A model generated the notes under the pieces. That model saw only the letters and a program-made list of their open reading frames with translations, did not search any database and had not been told where the DNA came from. Shown in pieces: positions 12,084 to 24,411 of a DNA stretch of 64,000 nucleotides. Made by a program: the position numbers and the translations under genes. Source of the stretch: an uncultured Planctomycetaceae bacterium (GTDB lineage Bacteria; Planctomycetota; Planctomycetia; Pirellulales; PALSA-1355); contig CAWAUV010000005.1 of the NCBI GenBank assembly GCA_963785305.1, positions 96,001 through 160,000 of the forward strand. Direction: 5' to 3'. Numbering within the stretch: the first letter of the stretch is position 1; each line of letters starts with the position of its first letter.

Positions 12084-12491
12084 ATGGCCAAAGACACGAA
12101 GACCAGTCCCGACTCCCTGGGCACCGGACGCCGCAAGACGAGCGTGGCTCGAGTGCGCGTGCGGCCCGGCAATGGCGCGATTTTGATCAACCAGCGTTCG
12201 TTGGAAGACTATTTCCCCAACGAGAAAGACCGTCGCAATGTGCTCGCCCCGCTCGTCAAAACCGGCAAGCACGAGACCGTGGATGTGAGCATTCGCGTGC
12301 ATGGCGGCGGCATCTCGGGCCAGTCGGGCGCTTGCATGCTGGGAATCGCCCGCGCGCTCAAGCTCCATGACACCGACACCGAGGAATCGCTCCGCCAGAA
12401 CCACTTGCTCACGCGCGACAGCCGCATGAAAGAACGCAAGCACTACGGCCTGCGCGGCGCCCGCCGTGGCACGCAGTTCTCGAAGCGCTAA
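12084..12491 (+). CDS. rpsI: 30S ribosomal protein S9
   Basis: GTGRRKTSVARV, GGGISGQ, C-terminal QFSKR; follows rplM. Confidence 0.97.
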   Translation: MAKDTKTSPDSLGTGRRKTSVARVRVRPGNGAILINQRSLEDYFPNEKDRRNVLAPLVKTGKHETVDVSIRVHGGGISGQSGACMLGIARALKLHDTDTEESLRQNHLLTRDSRMKERKHYGLRGARRGTQFSKR

Positions 12492-12517
12492 ATCGTTGGC
12501 CGCGGCCAGCCGCAAAG

Positions 12518-12554
12518 CCCCCTCTCCTTTTGCGAGAGGGCAAGGCGAGGGGGG
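12518..12554. repeat. REP-like repeat, copy 2 (possible terminator between rpsI and the helicase)
   Basis: CCCTCTC...GAGAGGG hairpin followed by CAAGGCGAGGGGG. Confidence 0.45.
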
Positions 12555-12611
12555 CAGCACTGCCCAAACGACCAGAACCGAGGGTTGCTGGTGGTTTGCT
12601 GTTCGTGCTTC

Positions 12612-15148
12612 TCACTTTGCCGGTCGCAACGTGCTCTTGAGCAGCATGAACTTCTTGGCCGAGGCGCCGGCGACGAAATTCACCGTCGCTTGCCGCCGCG
12701 AGCCCGCGCCGCTAAGCGACACGATTCGCCCCAGCCCGTAGTCGGGATGCACCACAAGCATGTCCTGGCAAAACACCTCGGGCGCCGGCGGCGGCTGTTT
12801 CTCGAGCTCCGAGTCGCCCGCCAGTTGAGCGGCGGTCGTCAGACGAAGCCCGGCCAGCGGTAGCGGCTCGCTTTCGCCAAGCGATGCACTGCCCGCCCCG
12901 ATCTTCGACTTGGCGCCAGAACTCGCGTGCGAAGCGTTCTGCTCGCTCGCCGCCCCGAAGTCGAAAGAGAGCGCATCGTCGTCGACCGGCGCGGAACCAC
13001 CGACGTCGGCGAGATCGCCGCCAGAGCCGGCGCCCGTGTCGCTCAATGCGCTCGATGGCGTTGGACCGGCGCCGCCCGCGACACCATGTTCGCGATCGAG
13101 GTCATGTTCACCATCGAGACCATCATGCTCGTCGTGGAGTGGGTCGACATGGTCGTGTTCGGCGCCGCTTGCGTCGTTGCCCAGGCCGGCGGCGCGCTGC
13201 ATCCACGAAGCGCCGACCAGCTCCATTTCGTCGCGCGGGAGCTCCATGAGAAACATGCTCGGAATCGTGGGCCGACGCAGACCGCGAAAATCGCGATAGG
13301 CGGCCCGGCTGAGCGACAACTCCTCGCGAGCCCGAGTCATGCCCACGAACAATAGCCGCCGCTCTTCTTCAAGCTGCTCGATGTTGTCGCGCGAGCGTTC
13401 GTGGGGCAAGATTCCTTCCTCGACCGCCACGATGAACACGACCGGGAATTCGAGCCCTTTCGAGGCATGCAGGGTCATGAGCGTCACGCGGTCGTCGACT
13501 TCGGCCCAGGCGTCGGTGTCGTTCACCAAGCTGGCGTCTTCGAGAAATGCTTCGAGGCCCCCGGCGCCCGGATGGCTTTCGTCGAACTGGCGGGCCGCGG
13601 TAATCAGTTCCTCGATATTGGCGAGCCGTTCGTCGTCTTCCTCGGACTCGTTTTGCTGGAGCATCGCCCGGTAGCCGGTGTCGGCGAGCACGGCGTCGAG
13701 AATTTCCTTCACCGGCCGATCAGCGAGCAGGCTCAAGCGGTCGACGAGCGCCACGAATCGGGCCAGGGCAAGAATCGCCGCGCGGCCGAGCCCTTCGACC
13801 AATCCGGCCTCGCGGGCCGCTTCGAGCAGCGAAACTCGGCGGCGCGCGGCATGCGCCATCAGCCGCTTGACCGTCGTGCCGCCGATCTTGCGAGTCGGTT
13901 TGTTGATCACGCGCTCAGCGCCACGTCGTTGCGCGGGTTATTGATCAACTGCAAATAAGCGAGCACGTCCTTGATTTCGGCGCGCTGATAGAATTCGAGC
14001 CCGCGGACCATTTGATAGGGCACTCCCATTTCGCGCAGGGCAAATTCCAGGCTGCGCGAGAGGGCATTCGTGCGGTAAAAAATGGCGAAATCGCGCGGCC
14101 GGCGCTGGCCCGAGCGCACCGCGGCGGCAATGCGGCCCGCGATCGTCTGGCTTTCTTCGAGCTGGGTGGGAAACGCGGCCAGTTCGACCGGGCGGCCGAG
14201 GTCGTTTTCCGTGAACAGACTCTTGGCCTTGCGGCGCGTGTTGTGAACGATCAGCGCGTCGGCCGCGCGAAGAATATGCTGGGTGCTGCGATAGTTCTGT
14301 TCGAGCTTCACCACGCGGACCGAGGGGTAATCGTGCTCGAAGTCGAGAATGTTCTTGATATTCGCCCCGCGCCAGCCATAGATCGACTGATCGGGATCGC
14401 CCGTGACCGCCAGATTCGGAAAGTCGATCGAGAGCGCCCGCACAATCGTGTACTGCGCCAGGTTCGTGTCCTGGTATTCGTCGACCAGCACATAGCGATA
14501 GCGGCGATCGAGCTCGGCGCGCAGCTCGGGATTCTCGCGAAGCAACGTGGCCACATGAAGCAAGAGATCGTCGAAGTCGACCGCATTGGCGCGCACCAGC
14601 AGACTTTGATAATGCGGATACACCTTGGCGACGATGGCGCCCAGCGGATTGCCGGGGCGAGGCTCGTAGTGCTCGGCCGTGAGCAGGTTGTTCTTGGCCC
14701 AGCTCACGGCGGCGGCGATGCGCTCGGGCGGCTGGAAGGAAGTGTCGATATCCAGCTCTTCGAGCGCGCGCTTCATGGCGCGCTTGCTGTCGGAGGTGTC
14801 GTGGATGGTGTAGTTTTCGCCAAGGCCGACGAGCCCGGCGTATTGCCGCAGCAGCCGGGCGCAGAACCGATGGAAGGTGCTGGTCCACACCGGCTCGCCC
14901 GGCGCCAAAGCGGCGACGCGCTCGCGCATCTCGCCGGCGGCCTTATTCGTGAAGGTGAGCGCCAGGATATCGCGAGCCGAGATTCCCTCACGCAAAAGAT
15001 TGGCGATGCGGTGCGTCACCACGCGGGTCTTGCCACTCCCGGGCCCGGCGAGAATCAAGAGCGGCCCGTCGATGTGCTCGACCGCCTCGCGCTGCGCCGC
15101 CGTCAGTGTATCTCGCCAGTCGTTCAACCGTGAACCGCCCGAGCACAA
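12612..15148 (-). CDS. pcrA: PcrA/UvrD superfamily-1 helicase; frameshift near 13912
   Basis: LAGPGSGKT, LVDEYQDTN, LEQNYRST, MTLHASKGLEF, EEERRLLFVGMTRA, C-terminal VVHPDYGLGRI domain. Confidence 0.93.
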
Positions 15149-15454
15149 GTGAAAAAAGGGACGCGCAGCACAGCGCTGAGCGGCGCCGAGCGCAACCGAG
15201 CGCCGCGACCGCCTATCCCCAGTATAAGGAATTCACTCCGATTGCCCAGGCGACATCCGCCGAGGGACGCCCAGGCTCGAAAGACCCGCGATCGAACAGT
15301 CGCGATGGTTCAACGCGACGGAAGACGCGACTTCAACCACGAGGCCGCGCGGATCGCGAAGAAGGTTGACTCCGAGGACCGCGAGGCCCAGGGACCGAAC
15401 GGATCGCGACTTCGAAAAACGGAGCGTTGAAAACAACGCGCTGAAAACCGAAAG

Positions 15455-15745
15455 CTAGAATTTCGACCCGCTCTGGATCCAGCTTTCCAGCACATTCAGG
15501 TTGTCGTACGTCTGGCCTTGGGTCGTGATGATGCTGCGAATCTGGCGGTAGCCGCTCTTCACATATTGCCCCTGCGGACGCGTGAACACCGGACCGGTGG
15601 TGAACTGCCGGCCGATGCGCACTTCCGTCACCGGGTCGTGGCTGTAGTAGGAATGCAGGAATATCCAACTGTCGCCGGCCTCGGCCGACGCGGAAGCCAC
15701 CGCCGAAAACACCGCCAAAGCAATCAGAGCAAGAAGTCGGTTCAT
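15455..15745 (-). CDS. Small exported hypothetical protein
   Basis: Signal peptide MNRLLALIALAVFSAVASASAEA; plausible coding composition. Confidence 0.65.
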   Translation of the reverse strand: MNRLLALIALAVFSAVASASAEAGDSWIFLHSYYSHDPVTEVRIGRQFTTGPVFTRPQGQYVKSGYRQIRSIITTQGQTYDNLNVLESWIQSGSKF

Positions 15746-15853
15746 GGAGCGTCCGCCAAAAAAGTTGGATGGCGCCGCGGTCGATCGCGGGCCGGTCAAT
15801 CGGAAAGGAACTGCCGTGAAAGGGACTTTATTCGAAAGACTCGAAGTGAAGAA

Positions 15854-16513
15854 CTATTTCGCCGGATGCTCGACCATGAGCGTCTCTTGCTGGGGGTCAT
15901 ACACATAACGATCGCCGGGCGGCAAGTCGGGCAGCGTGATGCTGTTGGCCTCGATGATCTGTTTCATGAATTGTGCGTGCGTGGCCGGCCCGCGATTGTT
16001 GTGCTCCGCCTTCCAGAGCTGCATCGCTTTTGGAATCTGAACCTCGAACACGATTCGCTGGCCTTGCTGGAAATACTGATGCACCGGTTCGGTCACGATG
16101 CCGCCGCCATAGCCGCGGCCTTTTTCACCCACGCCAGCCACCGCCGCCTCGCGCGGACCAGCCGAAGCGCCCGGCTCCGGGGGTGGAGCCTTCGACGCCA
16201 GTTCGGCGGGAGTCGGCACTTCGGTCGAATCGACGTCTTCGCGAGGACTGCCCGCGGGCGCGTTCATCGCCGGATCGTTCGGTCCGGCGCCTGGAGGCGA
16301 ACCCGCCGACGCCGCGGCAACGCCATCGCCCGCCGGAGCTGCCGCCTGTCCTGGAATTGCCTGTCCTGGAACCGCCTGCCCGGCAGCGGCGGACGACGAA
16401 CCGGATTGTGCTGCCCGGGGCACTTCTTCGATATCGGGGCCGCAGCCCAGAGTGAGCGAAAGCGACCCCAGAATGAATCCGCTCCAAGCAAATGGGGCCG
16501 TCGTTCGACGCAT
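15854..16513 (-). CDS. Hypothetical lipoprotein
   Basis: Lipobox LTLGC, Pro/Ala-rich linker, globular C-terminal domain. Confidence 0.7.
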   Translation of the reverse strand: MRRTTAPFAWSGFILGSLSLTLGCGPDIEEVPRAAQSGSSSAAAGQAVPGQAIPGQAAAPAGDGVAAASAGSPPGAGPNDPAMNAPAGSPREDVDSTEVPTPAELASKAPPPEPGASAGPREAAVAGVGEKGRGYGGGIVTEPVHQYFQQGQRIVFEVQIPKAMQLWKAEHNNRGPATHAQFMKQIIEANSITLPDLPPGDRYVYDPQQETLMVEHPAK

Positions 16514-16636
16514 GTCCGTTCTCCTTGCGGTCCGTTATTCAAAGGCCGCTCGATGGGACCGCGAATCCGAGGTTCATTATGCTTACGGCATTCGCGTTTG
16601 AACAGCCGGCGAGCCGCTCGCCGCCCATTCCCGAGT

Positions 16637-17446
16637 TCAAATCTTCGCCCCGGGACCGGATAATCGGAACTCGCTGGCCGCGAGCCAGGGCAAGAGATCG
16701 TGGCGCGTGAGATCGAAGTGCAGCGGGGTGATGGTGATGATGCCTTCGGCCAGCAGGGCCTCGTCGGAATCGGCGGTGGCAGCCGAGGGCCGAGGGTTGC
16801 CGCCGGCCCAAAAATAGCTGCGGCCGCGGGGATCGATGCGTTTTTCGTATTGATCGTCTTCGCGCACGGTGCCCATGGCGGCGAATTTCGCCAGCGGGCG
16901 AGCGCTGGTAAGGGCCGCCGTGGGCAGGTTGATATTGAAGAGTCGCGTGCCCGACGGGTGCGCGGCGCTCTCCGCGGCGTCGAGCGTTTGACCCACGAGC
17001 GACGCGGCCAATTCGGCGGCGCGGGCGTAGTCGGCGTGTTCGTCGAACTCAAGCGAGACGGCGATGCTCGGGATGCCGAAAAAATCGCCCTCGATCGCCG
17101 CCGCCACCGTTCCGGAATACAGCACATTGATGCCGGCGTTGAGCCCGCTGTTGATGCCGCTCACGACCACGTCGGGCCGCCGCGGACAACATTCGAAGAT
17201 GCCCAGTTTCACGCAATCGGCCGGACTGCCCTCGACCGCCCAACCCCGGCGGCGCGGCCCATCGAACACTTCTTTCACGATCAACGGTCTGAGATAGGTG
17301 ATCGAGTGCCCGACGCCGCTTTGCTCCGTGGCCGGCGCCACGACCACGACCTCGCCCAATCGCGCGAGCGACTGCTCGAGGGCGGCGAGGCCCGGGGCAT
17401 AGATCCCATCGTCGTTGGTCAGCAGGATAAGCAATTCGCGCTCCAC
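16637..17446 (-). CDS. surE: 5'/3'-nucleotidase SurE
   Basis: ILLTNDDGIYAPGL, GSPADCV, VVSGINSGLNAG, YSGTVAAA. Confidence 0.96.
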   Translation of the reverse strand: MERELLILLTNDDGIYAPGLAALEQSLARLGEVVVVAPATEQSGVGHSITYLRPLIVKEVFDGPRRRGWAVEGSPADCVKLGIFECCPRRPDVVVSGINSGLNAGINVLYSGTVAAAIEGDFFGIPSIAVSLEFDEHADYARAAELAASLVGQTLDAAESAAHPSGTRLFNINLPTAALTSARPLAKFAAMGTVREDDQYEKRIDPRGRSYFWAGGNPRPSAATADSDEALLAEGIITITPLHFDLTRHDLLPWLAASEFRLSGPGAKI

Positions 17447-17470
17447 GAAAAATTCGTTCCTCGTTCTTTG

Positions 17471-17523
17471 CCTCTCACCCTAACCTCGCACGTCGGGGAA
17501 GAGGGAGTCGTCGAATAGGCTCT
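17471..17523. repeat. REP/MITE-like repeat, copy 3
   Basis: CCTCTCACCCTAACCTC...GGGGAAGAGGG...GAATAGGCTCT. Confidence 0.5.
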
Positions 17524-19938
17524 CAAGGTTTTTCGAGTACCCAGGCCGAGAGGTCTTCGGGCGTCGCCACCACGAGCGTCGTCGCGCCCTCGGATTCGAG
17601 GCCCGCGAGACCGGTCGGCAATCGGCCGAGATTATAGTGGTCGATAGGCTGACCGGCGAGCGTCAAGAAATGCAACGAACCGTTGGCGCCCGGCAAGAGC
17701 CACGCGTCGCCCGAGCCGTCGGCGATGGCGCCCCGCATGGGAAAGCGCGAAATGGCTTCGACCGGATATCGTGGCACTCCCCGCGGCATGTCGTAGGTCC
17801 AAATCTCGTGGCCTTTCAAGTCGAGGCCCAGCGCCGTGGTCATGCCGACTTCGAGCGAACTCAGCGCGGCGATTCGCGCCTCCTCGCCCTCGGGCGCGGC
17901 TAAAATTCCATGCACCGAACGATTGGGAGTCGGAATCTCGCCAACGAGCTTGAGCTCGGCGTCGAAGAGCGCCAGCGACTTCCCGCCGCTCGAACACAGC
18001 AGCTTGCTCTGCCCCGCGGAGTCGGGCCCCAGGACAATCATGCGGAGCACATTTTCGAGCGAGCGATTTGAGCGCAGCCGCTTGCCATCGAGACTCGCGG
18101 TTTGCACTCCAACCGAACCCCAATAGGCGACATGCAACTCGAGTTGACCATCGCCATCGAGATCGGCCAAGATCGCGTCGGAGAGGCCCGGATGCTTTCC
18201 TTCGGCCGGGTAAGCCACGAGCAGTTTCCACTCGCTGTCGAAGACGAAAACTTGTTGCTGGGCGCTGGCAAACGCGGCGAAGTAGCGCTGGCCCGCGCCG
18301 TCGACCGCGGAGCGCAGGTAACTGATCGCCGCCTCGGCCGGCAGATCGAGCGGATGCCGAACGACCACGGCGCCTGAGCGCGGATCGACCTCCGCCACAT
18401 GCCGCGCCGCTTCAATGACCAGCAGCCTCGAGGCGCCATCGTCGCCGGGAAGCACGAGCAGATTGCCTGGCGATTTGACTTCGGTCGTGGCCCAGCGGCG
18501 GGTTCGCTTGATCGCGGCGGGATCGCTGGCCGGCGCGACATCGGCTTGCGGGATTTCAATCTCGCGCGTCGCTCCGACGGAGACCGCCGACAGCTCCGAT
18601 TCATAGCGCCGCTTGGCCTGCTCATAGTTCGCAAGCTCCGTGGCGTGCAACGACTGGCCGGCGAGCAGCGAATCGATCTTTCTTGCCAAAACCTCGGGTC
18701 CTTCTTCTTGATCGAGCCGCGAGACGCTTTCAACCACTCCGTCGGGGCCCATCAAGATCAGCGTCGGCCAACCTTCAAGTTGGAACACGCTGCGATAGGC
18801 CTCCGAGCGATCGCGCACCACGGGCACATGCACTCCCAAGGCGTCGACAGCCCGCGAGACTTTGGCGTCGGCGACATCGGCCGCGTCGTCGTTGACCGCC
18901 AGCACCGCGACGCGCGGATTGTTCGCGAACTTTTGATGGACCTTTTGCAGTTGCGGCAAGCTGCGTTGATACCCGCCGTGGAAAGTGACCCACATTTCGA
19001 GCGCCACGACCTTGCCCGCGAGCGACTCGCTCGTGACGGGATTTCCTTGCATGTCGGCGAAAGAGAACGGGCCGACCGTATGTCCGACGAGCGGCGAAGG
19101 CGGCGGGGGCGGAGGGCCGATGAACTTTTTCACCAACTGCGCCGAGCTCGGCGACTCGAAGGCAAACGCTTCGCTGGGAAGTTTGGGATGAAACTGGGCG
19201 GCTTTGAAATCGGCCCATACCTTGAAGTCTCGCGCCGCCGAGCCACTTGCCGCTTCCGGGGCGATTCGCTCGGCGATGCGCTTCGACGGAAATTCATAGC
19301 GCCGCAGCATGAGCGATTCGGAGTCGAGCCAATATACGCTCGGATCCTCGTCGAGCGTAACTTGCACGCGATGGCACATCACGCCCGGGCTCCCGGGCGA
19401 GCCATCGGATAGTTCGGCGTCGGGCAATTGCTCGACCACGGCGCCGTCGGGCAGTTGCGGCGGCGACTCCTCCAAGAGCCAGGCCAGTTGCGGGGGCTGG
19501 ATGTGAAATTGTCCCTGGGCGGCCATCTCCAACATGGGGTCGGCCGTCAGGTGGCCGACGCGCAAAGTCGGCGGCGCGGGCAGCGTGAGCACTTGCCCGG
19601 CGCACTCCGGAGCGAGCACCGCGGCCCAAAGATGTTCGCCATCGCACACGATCGTGGCCCCGAGCGAATGGAATCGCAATTTATTCGGCCGCGCGAAGGT
19701 GATCGAAAATGGAAACGGCTCGGACTTTTGCGTCTCGCCATGCGCGACCACGCTTTCGCGCAGCTCGCCGGCGTCGGCATAGGAAGCGGCTTCGTTGTAG
19801 CGTTTCATGGCCCGCTCGAGCAGTTCCCGGGCGGGCGAAGCGGCATGTTTTTCATGCGCTTTGGCCGACGACGCTCCCTCGTCCAGATCGCAACCGCCGA
19901 GCATCAGCAGGACGAAGCCCATCAGCACGGGCGCCATG
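17523..19938 (-). CDS. Lipoprotein with LolA-like, TlpA/redoxin-like (no CxxC) and beta-propeller domains; start uncertain
   Basis: Lipobox MLGGC; ITFARPNKLR; LAGKVVALEMW...LEGWPTLILMGPDGVV thioredoxin fold; ADLDGDG motif. Confidence 0.7.
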
Positions 19939-20155
19939 AGCGCGGGAGCGATCCGCGGCGGGCGCGGCGCCACGGAGACAAGGGAGAAGCCAAGCGCGCG
20001 GGCGCGCTTCCAAGGGTGGCATGACGCGAGTTTCAAAACGACCTCCTGTCGAGTTCTCTCGGGGGAACACGGAGCGAAACAACGCCTCGCCGCGGCATGG
20101 AAAAAACCGGCCGCAAGCCACTTGGCGATCTCGACCCGCGCGGGGCGGTGTAACT

Positions 20156-20776
20156 TTACACCGACGGAGCATTCCAAACCAAGAGCGCCAGCCGCACCAG
20201 TTCGGCAAGCGAATCGGCTTGCATCTTCTTGAGCACATTGGCCCGGCGGAGCTCCACGGTGCGCAGGCCGATATCCAACTCGGCGGCGATGACTTTATTC
20301 GGCTTGCCATCGACCATTTCGCGCATGACGCGCTGTTCGTCGGGCGTGAGCGTGGCGATGCGGGCTTCGATTTCGGAACGGCGGCCTTGTTCGGCCTGAA
20401 GCTCGGCGCCGCAGTCGATCGCGCGTTGCAGCGCGGCCCAGAGCTCCTGGTCGCGGCACGGTTTTTCGAGAAACGTGAATGCCCCGGCGCGCATCGCCCG
20501 CACCGCGGTCGGCACATCGCCAAATCCGGTAATGATGATCACCGGCAGGAGATGGTTGCGCTGGCGGAGCGTGTCGTGCAGTTCGAGGCCGGTCATGCCG
20601 GTCATTCGCACATCGACCACCAAGCATCCGAGCGAGCGAGGCTGAAACGCATTCAAAAAATCCTCGGCGCTGGCGAATGTTTCGACGGGCAGGCCCTTGC
20701 TGCGGACCAGCGCCGCCACCGAGTCGCGCGCGGCGGGATCGTCGTCGACGATAAAAACGGTCATTTCATTTTGCAT
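20156..20776 (-). CDS. FixJ/LuxR-family response regulator
   Basis: VFIVDDD, DVRMTGMTG, FLEKP, LuxR HTH NKVIAAELDIGLRTVELRRA. Confidence 0.92.
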   Translation of the reverse strand: MQNEMTVFIVDDDPAARDSVAALVRSKGLPVETFASAEDFLNAFQPRSLGCLVVDVRMTGMTGLELHDTLRQRNHLLPVIIITGFGDVPTAVRAMRAGAFTFLEKPCRDQELWAALQRAIDCGAELQAEQGRRSEIEARIATLTPDEQRVMREMVDGKPNKVIAAELDIGLRTVELRRANVLKKMQADSLAELVRLALLVWNAPSV

Positions 20777-22827
20777 GTTGATCGCCACCTGATGCCAAAG
20801 GGAGCCAGAAGACAAAATTCATTCCGCCCGTCGGATTCACGCTAGCCGACAAAGCGCCATCGTGCGTCTCGATGATCGAGCGACTGATCGGCAATCCCAT
20901 TCCCATGCCATTGGCCTTGGTCGTGAAGAAGGCGTCGAACAGTTGGTCGAAAGTCGGTTTACTTACGCCGGGCCCCGCGTCTTCGACCACGACTTCCACT
21001 CGCAATTTGCCGGAGCCTGCCACAAGCACTTGGCTGCGAAGGGTCACCTTGCGGCGGCCGGGGTCGATTTCGCGCATCGCCTCGATGGCGTTGACCATTA
21101 GATTAACGACCACTTGCTCGATTTGCACGCGGTCGACGATCACCCAGTCCGGAATCGCATCGAGCTCCAGCGAAATCTGGGTCTGGTTGGCCCGGGCGTC
21201 GATCTCGACCAGCGACACGATTTTGCGGATCAGGTCGTTGAGCGACACCCCGATTCGCTTGGGGGTTTCCTTGCGGACAAAACCGCCCAAACGCCGCAAA
21301 ATCTCGCCGGCCCGATTCGCTTGCTCCGAAATTTGCTGGTTCCACTCTTGAATTTCGGGCGGCGCCGGGTGTGCTTTGCAACACTTCGCGACAGGCGGCG
21401 GCGTAGTTCGCGATCGCGTACAGCGGCTGATTGATTTCGTGCGCCAGCTCCGAAACCATTTTGCCCATCGTGTTCAATCGCATCACATGGGCCAGTTGCG
21501 ATTGCTGCCGCCGGGCGTCTTCCTCGGAACGTTTGCGTTCGATGGCGTCGGCCAGCGTATTGGCCACCGCCTGGAGAAAATGCATGTCGTCTTGGCTAAA
21601 GACGCGCGAACGCGAGGCAAAAGCCCCCAACACCCCATAAGGCGTCGCGTGGCCATGCACGAGCACGCACACCCCGCCGCGTAGAGCCGCCGATCCGCCT
21701 CGCAATGGCAGAAATCGCGGATCGGTCGCGTAGTCGGCTACGATCACCGCTTCGCCGAGCGAAAGGCTCAGCCGGGCTTGAAGATCGGGGCCCGAACCCG
21801 CTTGCGTGCCTCCGATCGCCGAGGGCGCCCCGAAGGCCACGCGTGGCGGGGCGAACGCCTCGTCGTCCGAAGGCTCGAACAGCCGCGCGCAGTCGACATT
21901 CAACATTTGTGCCGCCACTTGCGCCGCGTCGGCCAGCAGGCGATGGATGTCGGTTCCCTCGAGCGCCTGTTTTCCCAGCTCGGCGACCGCCGCCTGCTGC
22001 CGCGCGCGGGCTTCGAGCGCGAGCTCCGCCCGCTTGCGATCGGTGATGTCGAGCAGCGAACCGGCGATCCGCGTCGGGTGGCCTTCGGTTGTCTCCCGTG
22101 ACTTGCCACTCATGGTCACCCAGCGACACTCGCCATCGGGGCGAAGCATCCTCGCTTCCAGACGGAGCGGCTCATGGCGAGAGATCGCGGCGAGAATCGC
22201 GGCTTTCACGTCCGCGATGTCCTCGGGATGGATTGCCGCTCGGGCAGTCTCGCGATCGACCGGGCGGACACCGCGGTCGATGCCGGTGATGGAATACGCC
22301 TCGTCGCTCAAGTAGCCGATTCCGGCCGTGGGGTCCCATTCCCAAATGCCCGCATTGCTGGCCTCGATCACGGTGCGAAGCCGCTCTTCGCTCTCGCGGA
22401 GCGCGCGTTCGGCGTGGGACAAGCGGCGCTCCCGATCGACCTGCGACAACACGCGCGTGACCAGGGGGCCAAGGAGGTCGAGAAACGATGGCCCCTTGAC
22501 CAGATAGTCTCGCGCGCCGCGCTTCATCATTTCCACCGCGATCGTCTCGCTGCCATGTCCGGTGGCGACGATAAACGGCGCGTCGATGCGATGCTCCTCG
22601 AATAGATCGATCAAACGATCGGCGTGCATGTCGGGCAGGCTATAATCGAGCAGCACCAGATTCGCCTCGTGGGTTTTGAGCCAGGCGATGGCTTCCTCGC
22701 CATTGCCGACGCGCGCCGTCTGGTGCCCTTCTTGGCCGAGCACTCGCTGAATCAAATGCGCCAGGCTCTCGTCGTCTTCGACGATCAGCACGACATGGTC
22801 GCCGGCGGCTCCGCCTCCCCGTTGCAT
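20766..22827 (-). CDS. Sensor histidine kinase (REC-PAS-GAF-HisKA-HATPase); frameshifted near 21300-21360
   Basis: VLIVEDD, WEWD PAS repeat, ELAHEINQPL H-box, NLMVNAIEA, FFTTKANGMGMGLPISRSI. Confidence 0.9.
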
Positions 22828-22875
22828 CGATCATTCTCCCCTGGCGAAGTCGTGGGCCGCGGCCGCGGCGCCCAA

Positions 22876-23968
22876 CTATTCATCCCATGACGCGGAGGCC
22901 GCTTCCTCGGAAACATCGTCGACCAGTTCGACATGTCCCAAACGCGTCGGCAACACGAATCGCAACCGGCCATGCGCCACTTTCTTATCCCGGAGCATCG
23001 CGTCCATGAGCAGTTCGCGATCCACGCGGGCCAGCGCGAGCGGCAGGCCGAGCGCTTGGATCAAGGCCCGCTGCCGCGAGACAAACGTGTCGTCGACGCG
23101 TCCCAGCCGCCGCGCCAACCGAGCAGCGCACATCATGCCCACGGCCACCGCTTCCCCATGCAGCCACACGCCATAGCCGGCCGTGGCTTCGATCGCGTGG
23201 CCAAACGTGTGCCCGTAGTTGAGCACCGCGCGTTGGCCGGTCTCCTCACGCTCGTCTTGGGCGACCACTTGGGCCTTGAGCCGACAGCAGCGGGCAATGA
23301 CTTCGACGAGCGTTTCGTGGTCGCGGTCTCGAATCTCGGGGACGTGGCTTTCGAGATATTCGAAAAAGGCCGCGTCGAGAATCACGCCGTATTTGATCAC
23401 TTCGGCCAAGCCGGCCTGATATTCGCGCTCGGGCAGCGAATCGAGCGCGGCGATGTCGACCAGCACGGCAGTCGGCTGCCAGAAGGCGCCCACCATGTTT
23501 TTCGCGCCGGGCAAATTCACGCCGACTTTGCCGCCGACCGAGCTGTCGACCATCGCCAGCAGCGTGGTGGGGACCTGCACGAAGGGCAGCCCGCGGGCAA
23601 ACGTCGCGGCGACAAAGCCGGCCAAATCGCCCACGACTCCTCCGCCCACGGCCACGACGAGCGATTTGCGATCGGCCTTGAGCTCGAGCAGCTTTTGCCA
23701 GAGCCAGTCGGCGCTCTGTGTCGACTTGGTCGGTTCACCCGCCTCGACCACGAGCAGATCGACCTCGAGCCCCGCGCGGGCCAGACTCTCGGCCGCTTGT
23801 TCGCCGAGCGGGTCTTCGACATTGGTGTCGGTGATGATCACGGCATGCGTGGGTTTGCCGACACGCCGCGCCAGCGTGCCCAACTGCGCCGAGATTCCCC
23901 GAGCCGATCTCGATCGGGTAGCCGCGTTCGCCCAGCGAGACGTCGACCGTGAGGAGAGAAAGCGTCAA
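22876..23968 (-). CDS. aroB: 3-dehydroquinate synthase; frameshift near 23885
   Basis: GGGVVGDLAGF, PTTLLAMVDSSVGGK, LNYGHTFGHAIE; the N-terminal VDVSLGERGYPIEIG is in ORF 23735-24007. Confidence 0.95.
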
Positions 23969-24125
23969 CGCAAGGATTCCTTCAAGGAAGCGATGTGACC
24001 GGCGCAAGACAATGAATCATCGCCCGCGCGGCACGCGAACTTCGCCACCGACCAAGTGGTCGTTTCGTCCCAAAAGGCTAGAACCGCCCTCGGGCGCCGA
24101 ATTGCTCAGCATAGTCGACCGACGC

Positions 24126-24350
24126 CTACACGCCCAGTCGATGGAGATCGTCCTCCGTGACCGTGATCTCGCGGCAAAAGCCGGTGTGCAGCCGCACATA
24201 GGCCAGTTGCGCGGCATGCCGAGCGTCGGCATGCAACCGCTCCTCGACCCCGGGCCGCGCCGGCGGAGCGACGCGCGTCAGTTCCGCCGGCCAGTGGGTC
24301 ACGCATTCCACGACCAATGCTTCGCGATAAGGATCAAACGAACTAGCCAT
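24126..24350 (-). CDS. Small hypothetical protein
   Basis: MASSFDPYREALVVE...YVRLHTGFCREITVT; co-oriented between the kinase and aroB. Confidence 0.65.
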   Translation of the reverse strand: MASSFDPYREALVVECVTHWPAELTRVAPPARPGVEERLHADARHAAQLAYVRLHTGFCREITVTEDDLHRLGV

Positions 24351-24411
24351 AAATTCGATTCCGCAAGGCAACGGGCGGGAATTCCGCCGGTTGCTCCCCG
24401 GGGAAAAAACG

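Noticed and set aside
12880..13200. His/Asp-rich insert in the helicase as a novel domain
   Set aside because: It looks like the variable low-complexity linker before the normal PcrA C-terminal domain.
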